NCBI GenBank assembly: GCA_002269645.1
Contig: NIVC01001781.1
Location: 62,001-126,000 of the forward strand
Length of the DNA: 64,000 nt
Direction of reading: 5' to 3'
Source of the DNA: Macrostomum lignano
Taxonomy: Eukaryota
Shown here: positions 39,395 to 53,375 of the stretch, one piece after another
How positions within the stretch are numbered: the first letter of the stretch is position 1
Layout: every line of letters starts with the position of its first letter
The notes under the pieces: model-generated
Told to the model about the DNA's origin: nothing
Seen by the model: the letters and a program-made list of their open reading frames with translations, nothing else
Databases searched by the model: none
Made by a program: the position numbers and the translations under genes

Positions 39395-42300
39395 ATGGCG
39401 ACTCAAACTGAGCACAGTCTGCAATGGTACGACTATCTGGTATTCGGCTTGGTGCTGGCCTTCTCCGGTGGTGTCGGCATTTTCTTCGCCTTCAGAGCTC
39501 GACGGAACACCTCGCAGGAGGAGTATCTCCTGGCTAGCAAGCAGCTGACTGTCGGGCCTATCGCTCTGTCCTTGTTGGCCAGCTTCATCTCGGCCATCAC
39601 CCTGCTCGGTGAGACTCTCGGCAGAATCTTTTAAATCTTCCGAACTAAGCGTCGCCATCTAAGTCATCATCCTGCATCTCTGCACGTGATCCTACAGCAC
39701 GTCTCTCCACGTCTCGCTTCCATTCTAGCGCTCTAGGTTGCCTAGAGTTTTTACTTGATTCATTACTTGCTTTAGTAGATTAGTGCTCTAGAGTGGAAGC
39801 CTGTCATAGAAAGGAAGTCGTTGGGAGACGTACTGCAGAACCTCATTGAGAGACGTACTGTAGGACCTCATTGAGAGACGTACTGTAGGACCTCATTGAG
39901 AGACGTACTGTAGGACCTCATTGAGAGACGCACTGTAGGACCTCATTGAGAGACGTACTGCAGAACCTCATTGAGAGACGCACTGTAGGACGTCATTGAG
40001 AGACGTACTGTAGGACGTCATTCAGACACGTACTGTAGGACGTCATTCAGACACGTACTGTAGGACGTCATTGAGAGACGTACTGTAGGACGTCGTTAAG
40101 AGACGACTGTAAGAAGATGTTAAGGGACGTACTGTAGGACTTTGTTGAGAGACGTACTATATAATTAGGGATGTTTTTGACTCGAATACTTATCGAGAAA
40201 CCACTTAACTGACATTGCATCCAGGAACGCCGTCAGAGATTTACGTCTACGGAACGCAGTACGTCTGGATTGGCGTATCTTACTTCTTCGTGATTTTGGC
40301 AGCCAACGAGGTGTTCATACCGGTTTTTCATCGACTAAGGGTGAACACGTCGTATCAGTACCTGCGACTGCGCTTTCACAAGTGCGTCCAGATTGCTGGG
40401 TCGATCAGCTTCTGCGTACAGATGGTCCTGTACATGGGCATCGTGATCTACGCACCGTCATTGGCTCTGAGCCAAGGTGGGACTTACGAGCTTCTAGGCT
40501 ACTATTTAGATTGTACTGTAGATTTGTCTGTAGTATTCTAGATTCTTGGTAGATCGATGACAGACTAGCGGTTGATTGACGGATTTTAAATAGATTGGCA
40601 GTAGACTATACTGTAGATTGTAAATAGATTAGCAGTAGATTGTACTTTAGATTAGCAGAATGAACTGGTTCCGTTCAAATTAAAACTTTTCAGTAACCGG
40701 ATTTAACGTTTGGATAGCCGTAGCTTCCATTGGACTGGTAGCCACATTCTACACCAGCATTGTGAGTCTTTTGCATGCAATTAATAGAACTTGCACCTAT
40801 TACATTTCAAAGTGCATCGAATCAACGCTTAACAACGCCTCAAATTTAGGGTGGCATCAAAGCGGTTGTATGGACGGACGTGTTCCAGATTGTCATGATG
40901 CTGACAGGCCTGGTGGCCACTCTAATTCGCGGAATCATGGTTGTCGGAGGCTTCGCAGCCATGTGGGAAAAGGCGGACCAGGGACGAAGAATCGAGTTTT
41001 TTAAGTGAGCGGAGACTTCTATTTTTGAGATTATTTTCTACTTTTCTACTTAAAGTAAAGTAGCGCTTTGAAATATCAAAAATTTCACTTTTCTAAAATG
41101 TATTTTTTTTATAAGTTTCTCTATTTATCAGTATGAGTTTCTAAGAAAGGAGATTTAGTACGACAATATTGATATGCTATTGGGGATATCAACATCCCCA
41201 TATGCCACTTGGGGCCATCTAGGAATGGAAGTTCTAAGAAAAGGATCTAGGATTCTAAGAATAGGAATCTAGAAATTCTAAGAATGGGGATCTAGGATTC
41301 CAAGAATAGGGATCTAGGATTCTAAGAACGGGGATCTAAGATTCTAAGAATGGGGATCTAGGATTCTAAGAATGGGAATCTAGGATTCTAAGAATGGGAT
41401 CTATGATTCTAAGAATTGAGATCTAGAAATTCTAAGAAAAGGGATCTAGCATTCTAAGAACAGGGATCTAGAATTCCAAGAATAGGGATCTAGGATTCTA
41501 AGAACGGGGATCTAAGATTCTAAGAATGGGGATCTAGGATTCTAAAAATGGGAATCTAGGATTCTAAGAATGGGATCTATGATTCTAAGAATTGAGATCT
41601 AGAAATTCTAAGAAAAGGGATCTAGCATTCTAAGAACAGGGATCTAGGATTCCAAGAATAGGGATCTAGGATTCTAAGAACGGGGATTTAAGATTCTAAG
41701 AATGGGGATCTAGGATTCTAAGAATGGGGATCTAGAAATTCTAAGAAAAGGGATCTAGCATTCTAAGAATGGGATCTATGATTCTAAGAATGGGAATCTA
41801 GGATTCTAAGAATGGGATCTATGATTCTAAGAATTGAGATCTAGAAATTCTAAGAAAAGGGATCTAGCATTCTAAGAACAGGGATCTAGGATTCTAAGAA
41901 TGGGAATCTAGGATTCTAAGAATGGGGATCTAGGATTCTAAGAATGGGAATCTAGGATTCTAAGAAAAGGGATCTAGCATTCTAAGAATGGGATCTATGA
42001 TTCTAAGAATGGGAATCTAGGATTCTAAGAATGGGATCTATGATTCTAAGAATTGAAATCTAGAAATTCTAAGAAAAGGGATCTAGCATTCTAAGAACAG
42101 GGATCTAGGATTCTAAGAATGGGGATCTAGGATTCTAAGAATGGGGATCTAGGATTCTAAGAATGGGGATCTAGGATTCTAAGAATGGGAATCTAGGATT
42201 CTAAGAATGAGATATAGGATTCTAAGAATGGGGATCTAGGATTCTAAGAATGGGAATCTAGGATTCTAAGAATGAGATATAGGATTCTAAGAATGGGGAT

Positions 42301-45300
42301 CTAGGATTCTAAGAATGAGATCTAGAAATTCTAACAAAAAGGGATCTAGCCTAAGGTTCTAAGAATGGGGATTTAGAAATTCTAAGAAAGGAATCTAGGT
42401 TCTAAGAATGAGATCTAGGATTCTAAGAATAGGTGACTAACAATTTTGAAAATATGAATCAAGGATTCCATGATTTGAGGTTAAAATATAGGAACTCAAG
42501 AATACCTTTTAGGATTAAGAATTCTGCTCACGAACATATAAGTAGAATTAACTCAAGATAATCCATGATTTTCATCGCAGCCTATCGCTGGACCCAACTG
42601 AACGGCACACTGTGTGGACTCAAATTGTGGCCAACACCTTTGTTTGGCTGTCTATCTATGGCATCAACCAGACCATGGTTCAGCGCTGCCTGAGTCTCAG
42701 CTCGCTTCGACAAATCAAGATGTGAGTTAAAATACTAAAAGTTAAGCAAAAATGTCTTACTTTCTACTTGTTATAGTTAGTAGTGTACCACGCGCGTGCG
42801 TGATAGTTTTATATTAATTATAAATATCCAATTCAAGCGCCTATTGGATCAACATGCCTGGCCTGTTCCTACTGATGCTGACTTGCTCAATCTGCGGCAT
42901 GACCATATTTGCCGCCTACGGCACCTGCGACCCCCTGCTGAGCGGACGAATTACGGCTAATGATCAGGTGTGATTGAATTTTTGTTCTGAAAAATAAATA
43001 TCGGTATACATTCTGAATGATGCTACTGAGTAGGTAAAATTAGACAATAACTACTTTATTCAATTATAAATTGAAATCATTCTCAATTATGCTACTAATA
43101 GTAGATAAAATTAGACAAAAACCACTTTCTTAATTCAATAATTAACTCTGAATTATTTTGCATCATGCTACTATAAGTAGATCAATTTCCACAAAATGAA
43201 ACATTCCAGCTAATGCCGCTGTTTGTAATGGACTACCTGCATTCGTTTCCTCCTCTACCTGGGATTTTTGTTGCGTCAGTTTTTAGCGGCGCGCTCAGGT
43301 AAAGGCATGAATGAATTCTAGCTTAAGCTGCAATTATAGTTTAAACAGGTAAAGCGGATCGCAATTTTAGCACTGTGTCCTCTGGCATGAACTCTTTGGC
43401 CTCCGTGACCGTGAATGACATTCTCGATCGGGCATTAATTAACTACACTGAGAAGAAAAAAACTATTCTATGCAAGATTATTGGTGAGTAAACATTTCAG
43501 AAACTGGTTGTAATTATGAATAACTTACGAGTAATCAATAAACAATTGTTATGACTGTTTCAATTTTTTAGCTGCAGTCTATGGCTTGACAAGCTTGGGC
43601 TTTGCGGTTCTGGCTTCCGTGATGGGACCCGTGCTGCAGGTATGATATCGGCTGTGTCAGTAGATGATATCGGCTGTGTCAGTAGATGATATCGGCTGTG
43701 TCAGTAGATGATATCGGCTGTGTCAGTAGATGATATCGGCTGTGTCAGTAGATGATATCGGCTGTGTCAGTAGATGATATCGGCTGTGTCAGTAGATGAT
43801 ATTGGGTGTGTCAGTAGATGATGTTGGGTGTGTCAGTAGATGATGTTGGGTGTGTCAGTAGATGATATCGGCTGTGTCAGTAGATGATATCGGCTGTGTC
43901 AGTAGATGATATCGGCTGTGTCAGTAGATGATATCGGCTGTGTCAGTAGATGATATCGGCTGTGTCAGTAGATGATATCGGCTGTGTCAGTAGATAATGT
44001 TGGATGTGTCAGTAGATGATATCGGCTGTGTCAGTAGATTATATTGGGTGTGTCAGTAGATGATGTTGGGTGTGTCAGTAGATGATGTTGGGTGTGTCAG
44101 TAGATGATATTGGGTGTGTCAGTAGATGATATCGGCTGTGTCAGTAGATGATGTTGGGTGTGTCAGTAGGTGATATTGGATGTGTCAGTAGATGATATTG
44201 GGTGTGTCAGTAGATGATATCGGGTGCGTCAGTAGATGATATTGGGTGTGTAAGTAGATGATATCGGATGTGTCAGTAGATGATGTTGGGTGTGTCAGTA
44301 GATGATATTGGGTGCGTCAGTAGATGATATTGGGTGTGTAAGTAGATGATATCGGATGTGTCAGTAGATGATGTTGGGTGTGTCAGTAGATGATGTTGGG
44401 TGTGTCAGTAGGTGATATTGAGTGTGTCAGTAGGTGATATTGGGTGTGTCAATAGATGATATCGGCTGTGTCAGTAGATGATGTTGGGTGTGTCAGCAGA
44501 TGATATTGGGTGTGTCAGTAGATGACACTGGGTGTGTCAGTAGATTATATCGGGTGTGTCAGTAGATGATGTTGGGTGTGTCAGTAGATGATGTTGGGTG
44601 TGTCAGTAGATGATGTTAGGTGTGTCAGTAGATGATATCGGATGTGTCAGTAGATGATATTGGGTGTGTCAGTTGATGGATGATATTTTATGTGTCAGTA
44701 GATGGATGATATTTGATGTGTCAGTAGATGGATGATTATTTGATGTGTCAGTAGATGGATGATTATTTGATGTGTCAGTAGATGATATTGGATGTGTCAG
44801 TAGATGATATCGGCTGTGTCAGTAGATGATATTGGGTGTGTCAGTAGATGATGTTGGGTGTGTCAGTAGATGATGTTGGGTGTGTCAGTAGATGATATTG
44901 GGTGTGTCAGTAGATGATATCGGCTGTGTCAGTAGATGATTTTGGGTGTGTCAGCAGATGATATTGGGTGTGTCAGTAGGTGATATTGGGTGTGTCAATA
45001 GATGATATCGGCTGTGTCAGTAGATGATGTTGGGTGTGTCAGTAGATGATATCGGATGTGTCAGTAGATGACACTGGGTGTGTCAGTAGATTATATCGGG
45101 TGTGTCAGTAGATTATATCGGGTGTGTCAGTAGATGATGTTGGGTGTGTCAGTAGATGATGTTGGGTGTGTCAGTAGATGATATTGGGTGCGTCAGTAGA
45201 TGATATTGGGTGTGTAAGTAGATGATATCGGATGTGTCAGTAGATGATGTTGGGTGTGTCAGTAGATGATGTTGGGTGTGTCAGTAGGTGATATTGAGTG

Positions 45301-48300
45301 TGTCAGTAGGTGATATTGGGTGTGTCAATAGATGATATCGGCTGTGTCAGTAGATGATGTTGGGTGTGTCAGCAGATGATATTGGGTGTGTCAGTAGATG
45401 ACACTGGGTGTGTCAGTAGATTATATCGGGTGTGTCAGTAGATGATGTTGGGTGTGTCAGTAGATGATGTTGGGTGTGTCAGTAGGTGATATTGAGTGTG
45501 TCAGTAGGTGATATTGGGTGTGTCAATAGATGATATCGGCTGTGTCAGTAGATGATGTTGGGTGTGTCAGCAGATGATATTGGGTGTGTCAGTAGATGAC
45601 ACTGGGTGTGTCAGTAGATTATATCGGGTGTGTCAGTAGATGATGTTGGGTGTGTCAGTAGATGATGTTAGGTGTGTCAGTAGATGATATCGGATGTGTC
45701 AGTAGATGATATTGGGTGTGTCAGTTGATGGATGATATTTTATGTGTCAGTAGATGGATGATTATTTGATGTGTCAGTAGATGATATTGGATGTGTCAGT
45801 AGATGATATTGGGTGTGTCAGTAGATGATATTGGATGTGCCATGGATTCAGAAAACTCCTGTTGACCACCCACAGGCAGCACTGGGAATTTTCGGCATGG
45901 TCGGAGGCCCACTGCTGGGAGTCTTCACTCTAGGAATGTTCTTCCGCGTCGCCAACTGGAAGGTGAATAAAACTAATTAGTGCAAAAATGGAAGTCAAAC
46001 TAAAAACTGACTTTGAAACGAAAACCTGTGGAGAAGTACCACAATTATATAAAATAGGAAAAATGCCCCATACTTTCAAATTGGAAAGTACACATTACAT
46101 AAAAATGTAAAACTACACACATTACAAAAAATGGGAAACTACACATTACATGAAATTGTAACGCTACACTTTGCATAAAAATGTTACACTACATATTACA
46201 TTAAAATATAAAACTACACATTACACAAAAATGTAAAACTACACATTATATATAAATGTAAAACTACACAATACATATAAATGTAAAACTACACACATTA
46301 CATAAAAACGTAAAACTACACATTACATATAAATGTAAATCTACACATAACATGAAACTGTAGAACTACACACATTACATAGAAGTGTAAAACTACACAC
46401 ATTACATAAAAATGGGAAACTACACACATTACATAAAAATGGGAAACTACACACATTACATAAAAATAGGAAACTACACACATTACATAAAAATTTAAAT
46501 CTACACATTACATAAAAGTGTAAAACTACACACATTACATAAAAATGGGAAACTAGACATTACATATAAATGTAAAACTACACATTTCATATAAATGTAA
46601 AACTACACATTACACAAAAATGTAAAACTACACACATTACATAAAATTTTAAAACTACACACATTACATATAAATTAAAACTACACACATTACATAAAAA
46701 TGTAAAACTACACATTTCATAAAAATGTAAAACTACACACATTACATAAAAATGTAAAACTAGACATTACATAAAAATGTAAAACTACACACATTACATT
46801 AAAATGTAAAACTACACACATTACATGAAAATAGGAAACTACACACATTACATAAAAGAGTGTAAAACTACACACATTACATAAAAATGGGAAACTACGC
46901 ATTACATAAAAATGTAAAACTGCACATTACGTAAAGAAACATTACAACAATTGCAGGGAGCCGCTGCTGGTCACCTTGTCAGTCAGATATTCGTATTCTG
47001 GATCGGATTCGGCTACTATGTGCATGGAGTCCAAGCTCCCACCAAGCCTATGTACACCTACAACTGCACCTCGGACCCAGAAGCTGGACTCAACTCGAGC
47101 AGCACTGTTGGCGCCACGACTGCTACATCTCCTGCGACCACCGCTGTGCCAAGGTGCGCCGATTTTACCTGCTTGATTTATACTACGGCTCGTACTTCTA
47201 AAGCAGATTGAGTAGATCATATGCAAAGTAGAGATAAATGTCTAATTAGATACTCGTATCTATGTAGAATAGATATCTTTTATAATATATATAAACGATT
47301 ATATATATAATTAGATATTTATAAACTAAATTTCAGCGAGCCTTACATCCTGCCGGCTTACAAAGTGTCTTACACCTGGTATGCAATGTACGGATGGTTG
47401 ACCGCCATTCTGGTTGGCCTTGTGGTTAGCCTGCTGACCAGAGGTGAGTGGCATGCAGCTGCTTTTGAGCTTTTCTACTCATTTTAGTAGCTTTCTACCC
47501 ATTTCGGTAGCTGTCTATTCAATCGGGTAGATTTCTACTCATTTGGGTAGCTTTCTACCCATTTCAGTAGCTGTCTATTCAATCGGGTAGATTTCGACTC
47601 ATTTCGATAGCTTTCTACTCATTTGGGTAGCTTTCTACTCATTTATGTAGCTTTCTACTCATCTATGTAGCTATCTACTTATTGATGTAGATGTCTACTC
47701 ATTTAAGTTGCTTTCTACTCATTTGGGTAGCTTTCTACTCATTTATGTAGCTTTCTACTCATTTATGTAGCTATCTACTCATTTATGTAGCTTTCTACTC
47801 ATCTATGTAGCTATCTACTTATTGATGTAGATGTCTACTCATTTAAGTTGCTTTCTACTCATTTGGGTAGCTTTCTACTAATTTGGGTAGCTTTCTACTA
47901 ATTTGGGTAGCTTTCTACTCATTTGGGTAGCTTTCTACTCATTTGGGTAGCTTTCTACTCATTTGGGTAGCTTTCTACTCATTTGGGTAGCTTTCTACTC
48001 ATTTGGGTAGCTTTCTACTCATTTGGGTAGCTTTCTACTCATTTGGGTAGCTTTCTACTCATTTGGGTAGCTTTCTACTCATTTGGGTAGCTTTCTACTC
48101 ATTTGGGTAGCTTTCTACTCATTTGGGTAGCTTTCTACTCATTTGGGTAGCTTTCTACTCATTTGGGTAGCTTTCTACTCATTTATGTAGCTATCTACTT
48201 ATTGATGTAGATGTCTACTGATTTAAGTAGCTTCCTACTCTGATACATGTAGGTAGCATTCTTTTCATTTAGATAGCTTATTTTACTCATTTGGTCACCT

Positions 48301-49685
48301 ACTCGAACAAATCTCAACTTTCCAGACAAGGAGGCTGAAAAGAACATCCCCAGAGACTACTTCACCCCGATGGTTCGACATTTCATGAAGCCGACGCCTG
48401 AGGATATTCAGCGCCAGATGAGCCAGCAGAAGGAACAGCAGGAACTGGAGTTTGACAAGGCCGTGTCCATACTCAAGCAGGATCGCGAGAACAATGGGAA
48501 ATATGAATTTGAGATGGCACCAGCGGAACTGGTAGGCCTCCACAATCAGTTTGCTCAGATACTAGACCTGTCACTTCATCATTCACCAGATACTAGACCT
48601 GTCACTTCATCATTCACCAGATACTAGAGCTGTCACCTCATCACTCATCATTCACCAGATACTAGACCTGTCACTTCATCATTCACCAGATACTAGACCT
48701 GTCACTTCATCATTCACCAGATACTAGAGCTGTCACCTCATCACTCATCATTCACCAGATACTAGACCTGTCACTTCATCATTCACCAGATACTAGACCT
48801 GTCACTTCATCATTCACCAGATACTAGACCTGTCACTTCATCATTCACCAGATACTAGACCTGTCACTTCATCATTCACCAGATACTAGACCTGTCACTT
48901 CATCATTCACCAGATACTAGACCTGTCACTTCATCATTCACCAGATACTAGACCTGTCACTTCATCATTCACCAGATACTAGACCTGTCACTTCATCATT
49001 CACCAGATACTAGACCTGTCACTTCATCATTCACCAGATACTAGACCTGTCACTTCATCATTCACCAGATACTAGACCTGTCACTTCATCATTCACCAGA
49101 TACTAGACCTGTCACTTCATCATTCACCAGATACTAGACCTGTCACTTCATCATTCACCAGATACTAGACCTGTCACTTCATCATTCACCAGATACTAGA
49201 CCTGTCACTTCATCATTCACCAGATACTAGACCTGTCACTTCATCATTCACCAGATACTAGACCTGTCACTTCATCATTCACCAGATACTAGACCTGTCA
49301 CTTCATCATTCACCAGATACTAGAACTGTCACTTCATCATTCACCAGATACTAGACCTGTCACTTCATCATTCACCAGATACTAGAGCTGTCACCTCATC
49401 ATTCACCAGATACTAGAGCTGTCACCTCATCATTCACCATATACTAGAGCTGTCACCTCATCATTCACCAGATACTAGAGCTGTCACCTCATCATTCACC
49501 AGATACTAGACCTGTCACTTCATCATTCACCAGATACTAGAGCTGTCACCTTATCATTCACCAGATACTAGAGCTGGCACCTCATCATTCACCAGAAAGG
49601 TTCAAATTTTTCAATTTTTTAACCATTTTAGCCAAGCCAGTCCGCAACAGCTGAAACAACCAACGGCTGGAATTCGAGACTTTGA
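39395..49685 (+). CDS. Sodium:solute symporter (SLC5/SSS family, SLC5A5/A6/A8 subgroup: iodide/multivitamin/monocarboxylate-type), ~626 aa
   Basis: Exons 39395-39608, 40225-40476, 40694-40761, 40850-41004, 42581-42721, 42838-42967, 43210-43298, 43371-43483, 43572-43639, 45876-45962, 46957-47153, 47337-47443, 48326-48531, 49632-49685, all phases consistent. Motifs [76 protein letters not shown]. Confidence 0.93.
39820..40155. repeat. 25-bp minisatellite in SLC5 intron 1
   Basis: Unit GAGACGTACTGTAGGACCTCATTGA. Confidence 0.9.
41215..42430. repeat. 21-22-bp minisatellite in SLC5 intron 4
   Basis: Unit TCTAGGATTCTAAGAATGGGGA. Confidence 0.95.
43643..45840. repeat. 22-bp minisatellite in SLC5 intron 9
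   Basis: Unit GATGATATCGGCTGTGTCAGTA, about 100 copies. Starts at the donor itself. Confidence 0.95.
46085..46935. repeat. AT-rich 26-28-bp minisatellite in SLC5 intron 10
   Basis: Unit ACACATTACATAAAAATGTAAAACT(AC). Confidence 0.9.
47465..48242. repeat. 20-bp minisatellite in SLC5 intron 12
   Basis: Unit ATTTGGGTAGCTTTCTACTC. Confidence 0.95.
48557..49597. repeat. 31-bp minisatellite in SLC5 intron 13
   Basis: Unit ATACTAGACCTGTCACTTCATCATTCACCAG, about 33 copies. Confidence 0.95.
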
Positions 49686-49924
49686 TGCTCGACCTGGTGT
49701 TGGATCAAGACATGATTAATGTACGAAGAATATCTGCAGATATTTTTACAATATAACGGATCAACTGTTACCTATTATAAAATTCTGTATTAATTTTTAT
49801 TGACAATACATAATAATTGCCCTAATTAAAGCGTGGCTGTTAAACGTTCCTTTGGATTTAAAGGTCTGTTAAAAAAGTAAAAATGCTAACTGGCACATGT
49901 TGAACTCTGTGTTTGAGGATCTGT

Positions 49925-50300
49925 GCTCACCGACCTGTGCTCACCGACCTGTGCTCATCGACCTGTGTTCATCGACCTGTGCTCATCGACCTGTGCTCCT
50001 TGACCTGTGCTCATCGACCTGTGCTCATCAACCTGTGCTCATCAACCAGTGCTTATAGACTACTCTTCAGAAGCCTGTTTTCACACACACTTTTATTCAC
50101 ACACACTTTTATTCACACACTCCTGTATTCACAAACACACTCCTGTATTCACCCACCTGTATTCACACAACTGTACACAACTATATTCACACACACACAT
50201 ACACACACACACACACCTGTATTCACTCACACCTGTGTTCACACACACACATGCAGTCACTCACGCCTGTATTCACACACCTGAATTCACACACACCTGT
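49925..50300. repeat. 14-bp repeat (ATCGACCTGTGCTC)n followed by a CA-rich ACACCTGTATTC array
   Basis: 14-mer at ~49925-50050. CACCTG-containing CA repeat at ~50080-50300. Confidence 0.85.
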
Positions 50301-51210
50301 AAGCTAGTATTTGCATGCCGTATTCACAAAACTATTTTCATGTACATTGCCGTAGAAAGAACGCCATTCGATCCCCGAGCAACATTGCGCAATTTACAGC
50401 AACTAGGAAGCAGCTTTGGGCTATACCAAATCTATTAGCATTACTTTTACACTTGAAGGAAATCAACAAGTCCCCCCCATCGAGAGTTCAAGTTGGATAC
50501 TTATATATAAAAAGAACGGTGCAAAAAGGCTTTATAGCAATTGACGAAGTTTCTTAGCTGGCGGCGCAGTTGGTGGCCTAAAGGACGTCAATTAATAGAC
50601 CTGGAAATTGGTTGTACAGTATACAAGCGAGAAGGTAAGAAGCGCCTCATATTTATGCATAATATAAGCTTGATTTCTATACATTAATTGCTTTTTTGGC
50701 GGACAAAAAGCACCGCGGTTTGCTAGCTCGTGTATTCAAATAAAGTTCCACTCATCGGCATTCTGTTTTTGTTCTGCAGCCTACTAGTTGATTGTCGCAG
50801 CAAGGTTTAGCAAGAGTATTGGCTAAACAAATTAGTGTCACCTGCACGGACCTGTTAGATCGGGTGTTGCAGTTTCACGAGTCACACAGATTGTTAATAT
50901 ACTCGTAGATTAGCAAAACATTTATGGAGCTCTTCAGAATACACACAACAGGAAGGCTTCAACTACTCAATACTTATAAAGAACTCACAGGCTCTCAGTC
51001 TATACCAAAGATCTTATGCGAGCGTATTCCCTAGATGGGCCACTTTGAAGACGTAAAGACAGTCTCTGACTGTTTTTAGGGCTGCCTTACTGGCGGCGTT
51101 TCTCGGGTTGTGCACAATCCAATTGAGTTGCCCACTCGGGCGCTCAATTCTAAAGTGGCCTCGCCGGAGGTGAAGTCCACTCCAAAAGAAACTCCTTTCT
51201 TATCTGCCCC

Positions 51211-51748
51211 GCCTTGGTTCTAGGGGCGGGGGTGTACCTGGAGTGAATGTGATGCTGGACTGCAGTGTGGCTAGATCGGGACTTGAGCCCCCCGGTTGCA
51301 CCCACCCAGCAGGAAAGACGACCATCACAAAAGTGTACGGTAGAGCCCAGTTGATGCCAGACCTGAGGTTGAGCCCCAGAGGTTGTGTGATCCTCCTCTA
51401 TTTGTTTTTATCCCCGCTTTTGGTTTTATCTTTTGGTCATGTGCCAACCCCAAAATTAGGAGTTATGATCTCTGCCTTTTGGTATTCCATCCGCTCCCTC
51501 GGTCCATCTACTGTCTCCTCTGGTTGTCTCCCTGCTTTTGTGTCTCAGGGAGTAAATGGGAGGAGCACCTGAACCCTAAACCCGGGGCTCAGCCTCAGGG
51601 CTGGCATCAACTGGGCTCTACCATACACCTTCGTGAATGGTCATTCTTTCCTGCAGGGCGGGTGCGACCGGGGGGCTCAAGTCCCGTTCTAGCCACACTG
51701 CAGTCCAGAATCCCAACTCACTCCAGGTACACCCCCCTAAACCAAGGC
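51211..51748. mobile_element. MITE/foldback-like element with ~165-bp imperfect inverted arms
   Basis: 51211-51378 is the reverse complement of ~51582-51748 (e.g. GGTGTACCTGGAGTGA / TCACTCCAGGTACACC; CTGCAGTGTGGCTAGA / TCTAGCCACACTGCAG; GGTAGAGCCCAGTTGATGCCAG / CTGGCATCAACTGGGCTCTACC). No TSD found. Confidence 0.65.
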
Positions 51749-52216
51749 CGATGGCCAAATAATTGGAGCTAATTAGAATGCATGAGTCAGAGTCAGAGAC
51801 CGCCTTTACGTAGACTTCACATGCATCTGTATAATTCACACGTCTCTATTTACACACCTGTGTTAACCCACATGTATTCACACACCTGTTGAAATTTGTA
51901 GCCATTTCCATCCTATGCCTTCTAGTGCAATTCCACCAATGCACTTTTATCCATCCTCTGATTTGCTAAACGCAGGCTACCAATAGCAGCCTAACATCAC
52001 GCTGTACATTTAATATACGAAAGTAGGAAGCAGCCCCCCCTCTCTCCTCCTTCTTTTCCCGATCTTAGTAGCTAACCGACTTAAAACACCATAGTAACAA
52101 CTGATTGAACCTTAGAATCGACTACCTGACTACAGGCATCGGCCTTGGGCAACAGACCTCCAGAAAAGTATCGATAAGTATCTCAACCTTGACTGCTTCG
52201 TACTTAGTATACTGAA

Positions 52217-52409
52217 TGCTCAGCATCGTTGCGACTGTGTATCTCAATATCTGGAATACCGATTAGAATATAACACCCACAAGAGAAGGTTTAACACCGC
52301 AGGAAAATAGTCGACCGTGTTGCCTACCAATTTATATTATATCCAACAGCAAATAATACTGACCCATAGGGCCAAAGAGGAAGCAAAAGTATTCCCACAC
52401 ACCTGTATT

Positions 52410-52446
<37 letters not shown>

Positions 52447-52480
52447 GTATCCGTGTGTGAATACAGGTGTATGTGAATAC

Positions 52481-52514
<34 letters not shown>

Positions 52515-52827
52515 ACAGGTGTGTGAATACAGGTGTGTGAATACAGGTGTGTGAATACAGGTGTATGTGAATACAGGTGTGTGTGTGTGTGTGTGTGTGT
52601 GTGAATACAGGTGTGTGAATACAGGTGTATGTGAATACAGGTGTGTGGGAATGCTTTTGCTTCCTCTTTGGCCCTGTGGGTCGGTATTATTTGCTGTTGG
52701 ATATAATAATAAATTGGTAGGCAACACGGTCGACTATTTTCCTGCGGTGTTAAACCTTCTCTTGTGGGTGTTATATTCTAATCGGTATTCCAGATATTGA
52801 TATACACAGTCGCAACGATGCTGAGCA
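52217..52827. repeat. ~610-bp near-perfect palindrome (foldback-like)
   Basis: ~180-bp unique arms (52217-52395 and ~52645-52827) at high identity, plus inner CA/TG CACCTGTA arrays meeting around a ~10-nt loop at 52451-52460. Confidence 0.9.
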
Positions 52828-52880
52828 ATACTCCACACATCTCTAAGGTTTGTATGCTTGCTTGCTTGCTTGCTTGTCCA

Positions 52881-53375
52881 TAACGCTCTAGAGATTGCAA
52901 TTCTTGACCAATTTTGATCGCGTTTTCGCCAAAAGATGCAAAATTGTGTGGAAAGAAGACAGTTAAAATTTCTTGCATCTGCTTCAATGCTAAAGGGATT
53001 AAATTTTCGAAAAACTGTTTTAAATGGGCGAATTCAATGTACTTTTATCAACCTGCTCGCAGCGAGAGACTTCACAGCCAATTTTAATGATTGCGTCAGA
53101 GCCAACTGAAAAGAAAACTCACTGTGAACCACTGCCAATAGAATTTCTCTATTTAAATTGCGCAATTATACCAGGGGTAAAAAATAATAAAAAATTCTGG
53201 ATGCTGGAAGACAGCTCTAAATGTCTAAGATCGGTTTGTCTGTAACGCTCTACAGACTGCAATTCTTGACCAATTTTGATCGCTTTTTCGCTAAAAGATT
53301 CGTAATTATCTGAAAAGAAGACAGTTAAAATTTATTGTATCTGCTTCAATGTTAAAGGTGTTAAATATTCGAAAA
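52881..53375. repeat. 133-bp dispersed direct repeat pair
   Basis: 52881-53013 and 53243-53375 (TAACGCTCTA...GCAATTCTTGACCAATTTTGATCGC...AAAGAAGACAGTTAAAATTT...CGAAAA). Confidence 0.85.
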
